Of a stretch of 25,338 nucleotides of DNA, positions 1-7,936 are shown piece after piece. This DNA comes from Candidatus Thorarchaeota archaeon (lineage in GTDB: Archaea > Asgardarchaeota > Thorarchaeia > Thorarchaeales > Thorarchaeaceae): positions 1-25,338 of the forward strand of contig JAEORO010000107.1 in the NCBI GenBank assembly GCA_016840855.1, in the 5' to 3' direction. A program made the translations under genes and the position numbers. Position 1 is the first letter of the stretch, and each line of letters begins with the position of its first letter. The notes below the pieces were generated by a model. That model was not told the origin of the DNA and searched no databases. It saw only the letters and a program-made list of their open reading frames with translations.

Positions 1-1064
1 ACTCTAAGTGGCAGAATATGAATTGACCTGCCAGCATACTCCAAAGGCTCTTTCATCATGAACATATTCAATGGAGCTTCATTCTCAAACGATCTATCTA
101 CACCAAGGCTCACAACCACCATTGGATCATAAGGTTTCCAAGTCTTGTACCGATTCTCAACTTTCTCATCGATATATTTTCCTTCCAGAAAGTCGTAAAT
201 CGTACTTCTTCCATCAGCAGCAGACACAATCACATCTGCTCTATGTTCAGATCCATCAGATAGAACAACGCCAACAGCAGTATTATTTTCAACTACTATT
301 CTTTCAACTTTGGATTTGCACTGTATCCGGCCACCAAGAGATTTGTAGGTTTCTTCAATTGATTGAACAAACTCTTGACACCCACCTTTGAACAGACCTA
401 ATTGACCAGAAGCAGCCGATGCAAGAATCATTATTACAAACCAAATTGGTGCTTCAGGCGAGAAGAGGTTTTGAAAGACAGTCTTAAGAAAGGGACTCTT
501 CAAATTTTCAGTGTACTTAATTGCAGAACCGGAAAATTTGCCAGTGAAATATTTCATGAAACCTCGCATTTGCCACATTTCTTTCAACGAGTCAAAACGA
601 CCTCTCAATTCGGGAGGATTTGTACTCATTCCCAAATCTGTAAGCAGAGGAGAGTCCTTCATCCATTCTACTTCTCGAATGAATCTATGAATTTCCTCAG
701 CATCCGATGGAGAGAACGCCTCTAGGTCTTTCTCAAGTTTTTCAAGATCCTGAGTGAAGTCAATAACTCTAGTTCCAGTTTCATCAACAAATCGAAGATA
801 CCGAGTCATATCTGCAATGTCATAAGATCCAACAGCTCCAATCTCATCATAGACATTATAAATATTGGATCCGGGCTTGTGACAAATAAGAAAATGAATA
901 CCTCCATCAATGAGATAGTCTCCTCTTCTCCATACTGCTGCGACACCACCAGATTTGGAGCTATATTCGAATATTTTGCTTTGAAACCCATTCATCTGAG
1001 CATAGCAGCCAGTTGATAGACCAGCCAATCCCGCTCCAATGATAATCATCGATTCATTACTCAC
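1..1064 (-). CDS. NAD(P)/FAD-dependent oxidoreductase, phytoene desaturase-like (COG1233); 3' end runs off the window
   Basis: Not in the ORF track; parts translated by hand: (M)SNESMIIIGAGLAGLSTGCYAQMNGFQSKIFEYSSKSGGVAAVWRRGDYLIDGGIH (GxGxxG Rossmann motif, GG motif, DxG), and later FKGGCQEFVQSIEETYKSLGGRIQCKSKVERIIVENNTAVGV. Start is GTG 1064 (alternatives GTG 1070, ATG 1049). Confidence 0.88.
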   Translation of the reverse strand, partial: MSNESMIIIGAGLAGLSTGCYAQMNGFQSKIFEYSSKSGGVAAVWRRGDYLIDGGIHFLICHKPGSNIYNVYDEIGAVGSYDIADMTRYLRFVDETGTRVIDFTQDLEKLEKDLEAFSPSDAEEIHRFIREVEWMKDSPLLTDLGMSTNPPELRGRFDSLKEMWQMRGFMKYFTGKFSGSAIKYTENLKSPFLKTVFQNLFSPEAPIWFVIMILASAASGQLGLFKGGCQEFVQSIEETYKSLGGRIQCKSKVERIVVENNTAVGVVLSDGSEHRADVIVSAADGRSTIYDFLEGKYIDEKVENRYKTWKPYDPMVVVSLGVDRSFENEAPLNMFMMKEPLEYAGRSIHILPLR

Positions 1065-1070
1065 TACCAC

Positions 1071-1571
1071 TCAATCTCCCATTTCGTGTTGTAATGACGC
1101 GATTATTTGCTCCATGGATTGGTTCCAAATCTTTGCCATTGTTGATTCAATAGTTATTGCGTTTCGTAGACTCGAGTCTTTTTTCTGATTCTTTTGTTCA
1201 AGAGCTTGAAGTTTTCTTATGAAATCTTGATTTACAGTAAGAAGCTGCTGAAACATAGAGAGAATAAGATTGGATGATGGTCTAAGTCGATATGTAAATC
1301 CTATCTTTCTGGAGCCTTCTTTCTCAACTACACCATAGCTTTCCAGAACCTTGAGTGCTCTATTGACTGATGGAATTGAGGTTGATGTAGAAAAAAGCTC
1401 ACCTAGTCGCTCAGAAAGGTCCTTTTGCGTCCAATCTTTTGGTTCTAATATAAGAAGGCCTTCAATCCACCCACAATACTCAGGATAACCATAATGGGCA
1501 TAGGCTTTGCCAACAATTTCTAGGAATTCTTTACGTAAACTATCTGGAGCCACAATCGAATCCTCAGGCAT
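1071..1571 (-). CDS. GbsR/MarR-family winged-helix transcriptional regulator
   Basis: FLEIVGKAYAHYGYPEYCGWIEGLLILEPKDWTQKDLSERLG...SVNRALKVLESYGVVEK..GSRK matches the GbsR-type N-terminus plus wHTH, followed by a helical dimerisation tail. Confidence 0.8.
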   Translation of the reverse strand: MPEDSIVAPDSLRKEFLEIVGKAYAHYGYPEYCGWIEGLLILEPKDWTQKDLSERLGELFSTSTSIPSVNRALKVLESYGVVEKEGSRKIGFTYRLRPSSNLILSMFQQLLTVNQDFIRKLQALEQKNQKKDSSLRNAITIESTMAKIWNQSMEQIIASLQHEMGD

Positions 1572-1594
1572 TATATAGGTTTGAAAACTTATTA

Positions 1595-1636
1595 AATTTC
1601 AGATTTTTGAAATTCAGGATTTCAAAGTTTTGAAAT
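1595..1636. promoter_or_regulatory. Two tandem TTTCA-N6-TGAAA palindromes, probable operators of the adjacent regulator
   Basis: AATTTCA-GATTTT-TGAAATT (1595-1614) and ATTTCAAA-GT-TTTGAAAT (1619-1636), abutting a minus-strand TATA-like TTTAATAA (1596-1589) upstream of ATG 1571. Confidence 0.7.
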
Positions 1637-1682
1637 TAAAAAGAAAGAGGTTTGCCATGAGGTAAATACTACTCATGACAAA
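1637..1682 (-). terminator. Stem-loop followed by a U-rich tract after the 1685 gene
   Basis: Minus strand reads TTTGTCATGAG-TAGTATTTAC-CTCATGGCAAA then CCTCTTTCTTTTT, directly after the stop at 1685. Confidence 0.65.
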
Positions 1683-1684
1683 GT

Positions 1685-3355
1685 CTATGATAACTCGTTC
1701 TTATATGACTCAAGCATTCTAGTGATTTCATTCCTTATGGACCGTGCCATGACCAACGCCATTTCTATTTTCTCTGGAGAAGAGGGTCGTTCACCAACTG
1801 TGAGAAGCGGATCATTCAATGCACTATCCGTTTCATGTTCTAAAACTGATGTGTCGGCTCCTGCAGAAGCTAAAATACCAGCAATTTCTTTGATGCGAGT
1901 TAGTGTTGCCTTTAGACTCCTTTTCTTTGCCGCTTCAACATCCCAGTCAGCTAAGGCATTTTGTACTTCAGGCTCAAGTTTCTTCTCCTGACTAGCGAGA
2001 AATGCGATCACTTCATCAATGGCAGGTGTTAATTTCTTGATAGCAAATGCCTTCTTGTCAGCTTCTCGCTCCTCTGAGAGCTTCCTAAGAAACTCATCAT
2101 CACCGACCAAGGAATCAATAGAGTCAACCATATCATTCACGACACGTATTCTAGCTTTTGCCAAGTCCAAGTGAGATTCATCAATATCTGAGCGACTCTG
2201 TTTTAGTGATGCAATAAGACTATCAACAATTCGTATTAGAGGTTCAGCTTCCAAGCTAGATGCTTCAATGGATTCCTTTAGCAAGCCCACTCGACCATCT
2301 GTAAGATCTGCATCACGGGTTAATTGTTGGCTGATTTTGTAATCCTTCAAGACTAAAGTACCGGGACCTGCTTGGAGGCTGTATCCAGTTTTCAGTTTGT
2401 CACTATAAGAAACACGAACAAGTACTGAAAACTCCTTTTCGCCCACAAGAGGTTGTGCAGATTTTAGAACCACAGAGATGTCGAGCGTTTCTCCTGGTGG
2501 CAAGTTGTTTACTTTTTTCGATCGTTCGCCAGATATTAGATCCAAACCTTCATCAAGATGCCAATCAACAGACAAGCCGAGAGCTTCACCATTTCCAGAA
2601 TTCTTTATCTTGACCCTGACAGGAAACTCTTCTGTGAATGTTACATCATTGGGAAGAACTAACTGTGATGATAGCTTCGGAACTTTGAGTTTCCCTCGAA
2701 GGAGCTCTCGAACCATATCGAGACCCTTGTCAACGTATTTTGTGAAGTCCTGACTATTTGCGCTTGCGAGAGCTGTTTTTAATTCAGTTACTGCGGCATT
2801 CTCAGCAGAAGCAAAGGATTCAAGGTTAACAGATTGAATTGCAGTTTCGAGCATTTGAGGAATTTGACTCAGTCTGACGATAGCAGGAAGTCTGATTTTT
2901 GAAGCGTGTTCCGCTACGAAGCCTCGGGCTTTGTAAAAACCCTCTGCTTCCTTGCCAATCATTATGTACATCATACATGCAGTCATAGCAAGAGCAGTAC
3001 CTTTACTTGTTTCTGCATCCTCACCCCACATAAGATGTTCAGCAGACGCACTGAGGAGATCTTCCGCGGCTCCCTCGTATGCGTCCACAGCTTTAGCGGC
3101 GTCACCTAATTCAGAAAGCACATCACCTGCTGCACACATATTGATTGCAGCTTTCTTGTAGCTCTTACCTCCTCGATATTCATTTGCAGATTTAATGAAA
3201 GCATCCGCAGCGAGGGCGTATTCTTGTTCTGCAGTGGAAGCATTGCCAGATTTTTCAGCTTCGGCAGCTCTCTGAAGGTGTTGACTACCAGCGGACTGCC
3301 TTATAGCATCTTTCTGCGATTCCTCCATCCATCTCTTAGCTCGCTCTTCAGACAT
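1685..3355 (-). CDS. SNAP/TPR-like alpha-solenoid + Ig-like (CARDB-type) domain + C-terminal helical/coiled-coil protein
   Basis: Ala-rich helical repeats (YALAADAFIKSANEYRGGKSYKKAAINMCAAGDVLSELGDAAKAVDAYEGAAE); beta-sandwich signature FPVRVKIKNSGNGEA...NLPPGETLDISVVL...LVRVSYSD. ATG 3355 is preferred over GTG 3388 because of an SD-like GGAGTGAG at 3370-3363. Confidence 0.7.
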   Translation of the reverse strand: MSEERAKRWMEESQKDAIRQSAGSQHLQRAAEAEKSGNASTAEQEYALAADAFIKSANEYRGGKSYKKAAINMCAAGDVLSELGDAAKAVDAYEGAAEDLLSASAEHLMWGEDAETSKGTALAMTACMMYIMIGKEAEGFYKARGFVAEHASKIRLPAIVRLSQIPQMLETAIQSVNLESFASAENAAVTELKTALASANSQDFTKYVDKGLDMVRELLRGKLKVPKLSSQLVLPNDVTFTEEFPVRVKIKNSGNGEALGLSVDWHLDEGLDLISGERSKKVNNLPPGETLDISVVLKSAQPLVGEKEFSVLVRVSYSDKLKTGYSLQAGPGTLVLKDYKISQQLTRDADLTDGRVGLLKESIEASSLEAEPLIRIVDSLIASLKQSRSDIDESHLDLAKARIRVVNDMVDSIDSLVGDDEFLRKLSEEREADKKAFAIKKLTPAIDEVIAFLASQEKKLEPEVQNALADWDVEAAKKRSLKATLTRIKEIAGILASAGADTSVLEHETDSALNDPLLTVGERPSSPEKIEMALVMARSIRNEITRMLESYKNELS

Positions 3356-3459
3356 TTTGAATCTCACTCCTAATTGAACTGTAGACACCTGCGAGTCTAT
3401 GCTTCTTCCTTTAGAGGAGCATAGAACACTCCCAAATGTTTTGCAGTGCTGACGAAACC

Positions 3460-3753
3460 TTAGTAGACCTCACGTGGGGAATGTCTAAGACGATCAGGCA
3501 AGCCTCCGCCATGACCTTCAATCACTAGCTCATATCCTCGGCCTATCCGACCTTTTGAGGCAGTTTGAAAACCAACCTTTTCAATACCTCGAGCATTTCT
3601 TTCGGCAGCCCGTCGCTCAATCATACTAGCTCCACTTGGAACAACAAGTATGAGCTTTTTCGTGGAATCGTCAACTGTCAGAGTTATGGGAGTGGTTGGT
3701 GTTCCACTACACTCGTGAAATTGACTATTTTTGTATTCAAGCATGTGCTTCAT
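3460..3753 (-). CDS. Small single-domain gelsolin/cofilin-like protein (Asgard ProGel-like), putative actin regulator
   Basis: LTVDDSTKKLILVVPSGASMIERRAAERNARGI...YELVIEG follows the gelsolin-core pattern (strand-D-strand, S..E+..A...A..I helix, strand-EG); C-terminal LRHS resembles the WH2 LKKT motif. Confidence 0.55.
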   Translation of the reverse strand: MKHMLEYKNSQFHECSGTPTTPITLTVDDSTKKLILVVPSGASMIERRAAERNARGIEKVGFQTASKGRIGRGYELVIEGHGGGLPDRLRHSPREVY

Positions 3754-3839
3754 CTGGACAACTACACCATCCAGTAGTCGATTCTTGAGAAAAGCCCACG
3801 TGGTTGCATATTAGGATTTGCGGGATGAAACCAACCCTG

Positions 3840-3887
3840 AAAAATAAAGAGAAGAGGAGCCAAAGGACCCTAAGGATCCTGTGGCTC
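3840..3887 (-). terminator. Stem-loop followed by a U-rich tract
   Basis: Minus strand GAGCCA-C-AGGATCC-TTA-GGGTCCT-T-TGGCTC then CTCTTCTCTTTATTTTT, about 25 nt after the stop at 3912. Confidence 0.7.
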
Positions 3888-3911
3888 AATTGAAAAATCT
3901 GATTCTCGGGA

Positions 3912-4196
3912 TTAATCCGGAGGTGGCGGGGGTGGAGGCGTGTCATCCAGTTTGGTGTCAACTGGTCTGAGTACCGAATCGCGCTTCCTCTTCGTGAAGA
4001 CGAAGCCCATGATAATGAACAATAATCCCACGACTGCCACAATCGCACCAATCAACATGGTGTAGCCAGGAACAAAATCATAAGCTGCTGGATTTGTATA
4101 GACCAGCAGAGAAATAATGGCACCACCAATCACCAATAGCGCGCCAAAACACACAGGTCCTGAACGCGTATAATCTCGCCATGTCAAATAGCTCAA
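3912..4196 (-). CDS. Small two-transmembrane protein with a C-terminal heptaproline tail
   Basis: Two hydrophobic segments (VCFGALLVIGGAIISLLVY; MLIGAIVAVVGLLFIIMGFVF), a basic KRKR stop-transfer, and the tail DDTPPPPPPPD. TTG start with upstream SD-like AGGAG. Confidence 0.8.
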   Translation of the reverse strand: MSYLTWRDYTRSGPVCFGALLVIGGAIISLLVYTNPAAYDFVPGYTMLIGAIVAVVGLLFIIMGFVFTKRKRDSVLRPVDTKLDDTPPPPPPPD

Positions 4197-4291
4197 TTTT
4201 CTAAGCTCCTAATCGAGACCATACCACTTAGTCTCGTCTAGTTGTAGATGAGGCGTTTGTAGCGATTTAAGATTATTGGGTAAATAGAAAA

Positions 4292-5167
4292 TCATTGAAT
4301 TGTTATACTCACAATGCAGCCAGTAGATGAAGTATTAACACTGATTATAGCTCCTGAAAGTTCACTCAATTTCCTCGCTACAATCTCATGGAACATACAA
4401 GGATATCCAGCAGGTATACGGTTTGCAGAAGGATCCAAGTTTTTGCAGGTATTCAGTATCCTGCAAACACCGGTTTCAATAGTAGCAGTACCAGATCCAG
4501 TTTTCGGTAGTTGACTCTCATTAGAACAAGATTGAATCAGTGCTCCAAACTTCCTAACTGCAGTTGCAGGGTCTTCAGGATTAGACGTAGCCCAGTTATG
4601 TATGAGAGCATCAGCAATTCTGTTGAAAATGATCTCCAAGTGTCCTTTTGGTAATTCGGAGGTATAAGCAGCTACTTCGCAAATCATTGTAGCATGAGAT
4701 TCTATAATGCTCTCCCATGCAGCATCACCGGTTGTTCGAGGAATGGAAGGTATCTCTCCGAGTTTCATATCAGGTAAATCTGTAGAAGGAGCTGTATCTT
4801 CAGTAGTCACGATGACTTCTCCTCGAGCGGTTGCGGCGATCTCACCTATAGTAGTGCCATCCTCATATGTCAGGTCAGGAATTTCATAGTTTGGGGAAAT
4901 TCCTGCGGTTTGATATTTCCGAGCAAATTGCATCAATCTGCCTGCCATCATAGCCACAGCATGTCTGCTAAGTCCTTCAACACGTATGTGACCATAAGCC
5001 ACACCAACAATATTATCAAGGTCCAACTCAGGAATTGTTTTTTCAGCAATAATTTTCTTTCCTCGCACGACACGAACCGCCCACATATCGGTCATTACGC
5101 CAACTTGAGCACCATAACTTGTATTCGTAATACCTACGAGTGGGGACACTGGGTAGAAATCAGTCAT
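4292..5167 (-). CDS. Two-domain protein: unknown N-terminal domain + C-terminal V4R/MetOD1/Bet3-like (H-NOX-related) domain
   Basis: C-terminal CRIL...YPCMFHE...LSGAIISV....GCIVSI Cys pattern is typical of V4R-like folds; an acidic/Pro/Thr linker separates the domains. SD-like GAGGT upstream. Confidence 0.55.
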   Translation of the reverse strand: MTDFYPVSPLVGITNTSYGAQVGVMTDMWAVRVVRGKKIIAEKTIPELDLDNIVGVAYGHIRVEGLSRHAVAMMAGRLMQFARKYQTAGISPNYEIPDLTYEDGTTIGEIAATARGEVIVTTEDTAPSTDLPDMKLGEIPSIPRTTGDAAWESIIESHATMICEVAAYTSELPKGHLEIIFNRIADALIHNWATSNPEDPATAVRKFGALIQSCSNESQLPKTGSGTATIETGVCRILNTCKNLDPSANRIPAGYPCMFHEIVARKLSELSGAIISVNTSSTGCIVSITIQ

Positions 5168-5268
5168 TTCTTTACCTCAATACCTGAAGGTTTGCAACTC
5201 ATCATACAAACTGCATTCAAAAGGGTATTGTGGCTGTAGTTGTAGTGGCTACTATAGAATAGGTTTCA

Positions 5269-5297
5269 GGAAGCAGATGCAAAACGCATCTACTTCC
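5269..5297 (-). terminator. 12-bp stem-loop immediately after the cdc48 stop
   Basis: Minus strand GGAAGTAGATGC-GTTTT-GCATCTGCTTCC; no clear U-tract follows. Confidence 0.5.
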
Positions 5298-5304
5298 ATT
5301 GCAA

Positions 5305-7494
5305 TTACACGTATCCAGGTAGGGTTTCAGATGAGCTTCGAGGCTGACGTTTCTTGACCTGTTCAGCCAAGGCAAGAAATCGTTTGACATCATCAGGTGA
5401 AAGACTAGGTCGCACTTCGTTTAGAGCCTCCTCAAAATGCTTCATTTCCACAGGTTTTGGCTGCCAGTCTTTGCGAACAGCAGCCATAGCAGCTTCACGA
5501 ACCAAGTTTTCAATGTCAGCTCCTGAGAACCCTTCAGTCAAATCAGCTAGTTTTGTTAGATCCACGTTGGAGCCAAGTGGCATATTCTTGGTATGAACTT
5601 GGAAAATCTCAAGTCTTGCATCTAGATCAGGAGGCGGTACAAATACAACAGCATCGAATCGCCCTGGTCTGAGAACTGCAGGGTCAAGAATATCAGCCCT
5701 ATTTGTTGCACCAATCACTAGCACATTTTGCAGAGTTTGCATTCCATCCAACTCTGCCAAGAATTGGTTCACAATCCTTTGGCTCACGCCAGAGTCATCA
5801 CTTCTTCCTCTTGTACTCAAAATTGCGTCTATTTCATCAAAGAACAGGACGCAAGGAGCGGTCTGTCGAGCTTTCTTGAAGATCTCACGTACTGCTTTCT
5901 CTGACTCACCAACATACTTGTTGAATATCTCAGGACCTCTCACAGAAATGAAGTTAGCTTCGCTTTCCGTTGCAACTGCTTTAGCTAGCAATGTCTTACC
6001 TGTTCCAGGAGGCCCAAAAAGCAACACTCCCTTGGGAGGTCTAATACCCATTTCCCGAAAGACTTCAGGACGTTTTATTGGCGCTTCAACAGCTTCTTGA
6101 AGTTGCATCTTAACTTTTGCCAATCCACCAACATCATCCCATTGAACATTCGGGCGTTCAACAAGAACCTCTCGCAGAGCCGATGGAGATACATCATTAA
6201 GGGCTATATCAAAATCAGCCTGTGTCACAAATAATGCACTTAGAACATCTGCAGGAATATCACCGGTTTCAGGATCAACATGTGGGAGTGCACGTCTGAG
6301 CGCCTGCATAGCAGCTTCGCGTGCGAGTGCTGCGAGATCTGCACCGACAAAACCATGAGTTTTTGCGGCTAAACGTTGTAAGTCTACGCCTTCCTCAATT
6401 GGCATTGATCTTGTATGGATTTGTAGAATCTCAAGACGTCCGGCAACATCAGGCACACCTATCTCAATCTCTCTATCAAACCGGCCAGGTCTCCGGAGAG
6501 CTTCATCGACATCATCAACACGATTGGTAGCACCGATAACAATCACCTGACCCCTTGCCGAGAGACCATCCATTAATGCAAGGAGCTGGGCAACAACGCG
6601 TCTTTCAACTTCTCCTGTGACATCTGCTCGCTTAGGTGCAATACTGTCAAGTTCATCAATGAAGATTATGCTAGGTGCGTTCTTTTCAGCTTCTTCAAAA
6701 GCTTCTCGAAGTTTCTGTTCTGACTCACCATAGAATTTCGACATTATCTCAGGACCATTAATTACCTTGAAACTGGCTCCAGATTCATTAGCTACAGCTT
6801 TAGCAATCAAAGTCTTTCCAGTTCCAGGAGGTCCATGAAGAAGTACTCCTTTTGGTGGAGCAATACCAAGTCTTCTGAACAACTCCGGAGACTTCATTGG
6901 TAGCTCAATCATCTCTCGAATCTTTACTAGCTCTTTTCCTAAACCACCAATGTCTTCGTAGGTTACTTCAGGAACCGTGATATCCTCAGGCTTGGCAGGC
7001 TTAGTCAGTACCTCTAGCTGAGTTGTAGGTGTCACTCGACCATGTTTACTTGGTGATAGGTTTGTAGCAATAAATTGTAATCCTTGTCCAATCGAAGAGA
7101 TTAGAATGATGTCACCTCTAGTAACTGGCTTATTGATAATTTGTTGTTTCACATAATTCTCAAATCCTGGCTGGAATCTTACGGGTTGGTTTGGGGCAAG
7201 TACTAGTCTTGTCGCTTCAGGAATACTGGTTTTACTTACTTCTACCATTTCACCAAGCCGTACACCAGCATTAGTACGAATTAGGCCGTCCATTCGAACC
7301 ATGTCAAGGACTTCGTCTTCTTTTAGACTAGGCCATGCAACGGCTACAGTTTCTTTCGCTCCTTTCAGGAGAACATAATCACCTGAATGTATCCCTAGGT
7401 GATTTCTTACGTCCGAATTTAATCTTATAATTCCACGACCTTGATCTTTTGGCATGGCTGCTGCTACTTTAAGCTTGACAGTATCTTCACTCAT
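5305..7494 (-). CDS. cdc48: CDC48/VCP (p97, VAT) family AAA+ ATPase
   Basis: N-domain ([17 protein letters not shown]), two AAA modules ([16 protein letters not shown] and [15 protein letters not shown]), pore loops KFYGESE and [16 protein letters not shown] and VLRPGRFD arginine-finger regions, C-terminal penultimate Tyr (PGYV). Confidence 0.98.
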   Translation of the reverse strand: MSEDTVKLKVAAAMPKDQGRGIIRLNSDVRNHLGIHSGDYVLLKGAKETVAVAWPSLKEDEVLDMVRMDGLIRTNAGVRLGEMVEVSKTSIPEATRLVLAPNQPVRFQPGFENYVKQQIINKPVTRGDIILISSIGQGLQFIATNLSPSKHGRVTPTTQLEVLTKPAKPEDITVPEVTYEDIGGLGKELVKIREMIELPMKSPELFRRLGIAPPKGVLLHGPPGTGKTLIAKAVANESGASFKVINGPEIMSKFYGESEQKLREAFEEAEKNAPSIIFIDELDSIAPKRADVTGEVERRVVAQLLALMDGLSARGQVIVIGATNRVDDVDEALRRPGRFDREIEIGVPDVAGRLEILQIHTRSMPIEEGVDLQRLAAKTHGFVGADLAALAREAAMQALRRALPHVDPETGDIPADVLSALFVTQADFDIALNDVSPSALREVLVERPNVQWDDVGGLAKVKMQLQEAVEAPIKRPEVFREMGIRPPKGVLLFGPPGTGKTLLAKAVATESEANFISVRGPEIFNKYVGESEKAVREIFKKARQTAPCVLFFDEIDAILSTRGRSDDSGVSQRIVNQFLAELDGMQTLQNVLVIGATNRADILDPAVLRPGRFDAVVFVPPPDLDARLEIFQVHTKNMPLGSNVDLTKLADLTEGFSGADIENLVREAAMAAVRKDWQPKPVEMKHFEEALNEVRPSLSPDDVKRFLALAEQVKKRQPRSSSETLPGYV

Positions 7495-7510
7495 TTATCT
7501 CACACTCATT

Positions 7511-7936
7511 CTATTCTATCTTCAAAAATCCACTATTTTCCTTGCTTTTGATATTCTCATTCTTAATAGCTGAAATCTCTAATACACCATTTCGATAAGT
7601 GACATTTGATTTTTCCAAGTCAATCTGGAATCCAACTTCAATATCAATTTCCTTTCTATCAGGACTAAGCTGAACAATAATTTTTGATTCAGATACCTTA
7701 ACTGTGGGAGTGTCTGTATCATGTAGACCATCAACTAGAATTAATGCGCTTTCTCCAAGATCGATTTTTTCCACTATTGGTTCATCACTCATTGGTTCGA
7801 TTTCTGTTTCAGCGGATTCAAAAATATTTGAGCCAGTCCATGACTGGACCCTCATACTACCTTCTGGAATACCGAAGGCTTTCATGAATTGCTCAATCAT
7901 TCTTCTGAACTCTGACTCAACGTCATCATCTATCAT
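7511..7936 (-). CDS. hsp20: Small heat shock protein (Hsp20/alpha-crystallin family)
   Basis: NVTYRNGVLEISA alpha-crystallin motif and C-terminal LKIE (IxI-like); directly upstream of cdc48, an arrangement common in archaea. Confidence 0.8.
   Translation of the reverse strand: MIDDDVESEFRRMIEQFMKAFGIPEGSMRVQSWTGSNIFESAETEIEPMSDEPIVEKIDLGESALILVDGLHDTDTPTVKVSESKIIVQLSPDRKEIDIEVGFQIDLEKSNVTYRNGVLEISAIKNENIKSKENSGFLKIE

Noticed and set aside
71-991. Track ORFs 71-391, 402-725 and 806-991, including the Gln-rich 106-aa ORF
   Set aside because: They are antisense or off-frame shadows of the oxidoreductase gene on the minus strand.
3565-4051. ORFs 3565-3777 (+) and 3737-4051 (-)
   Set aside because: They overlap better-supported genes; the second also runs through a terminator hairpin. 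Neither has recognisable motifs.
5230-5257. Short repeats GTGGCT and TGTAGT upstream of the 5167 gene
   Set aside because: Too short and irregular to distinguish from chance.
5354-6530. Plus-strand ORFs inside cdc48, and similar antisense ORFs inside other long genes
   Set aside because: Typical antisense shadows of coding sequence (Ser/Thr/Phe-rich, no motifs).
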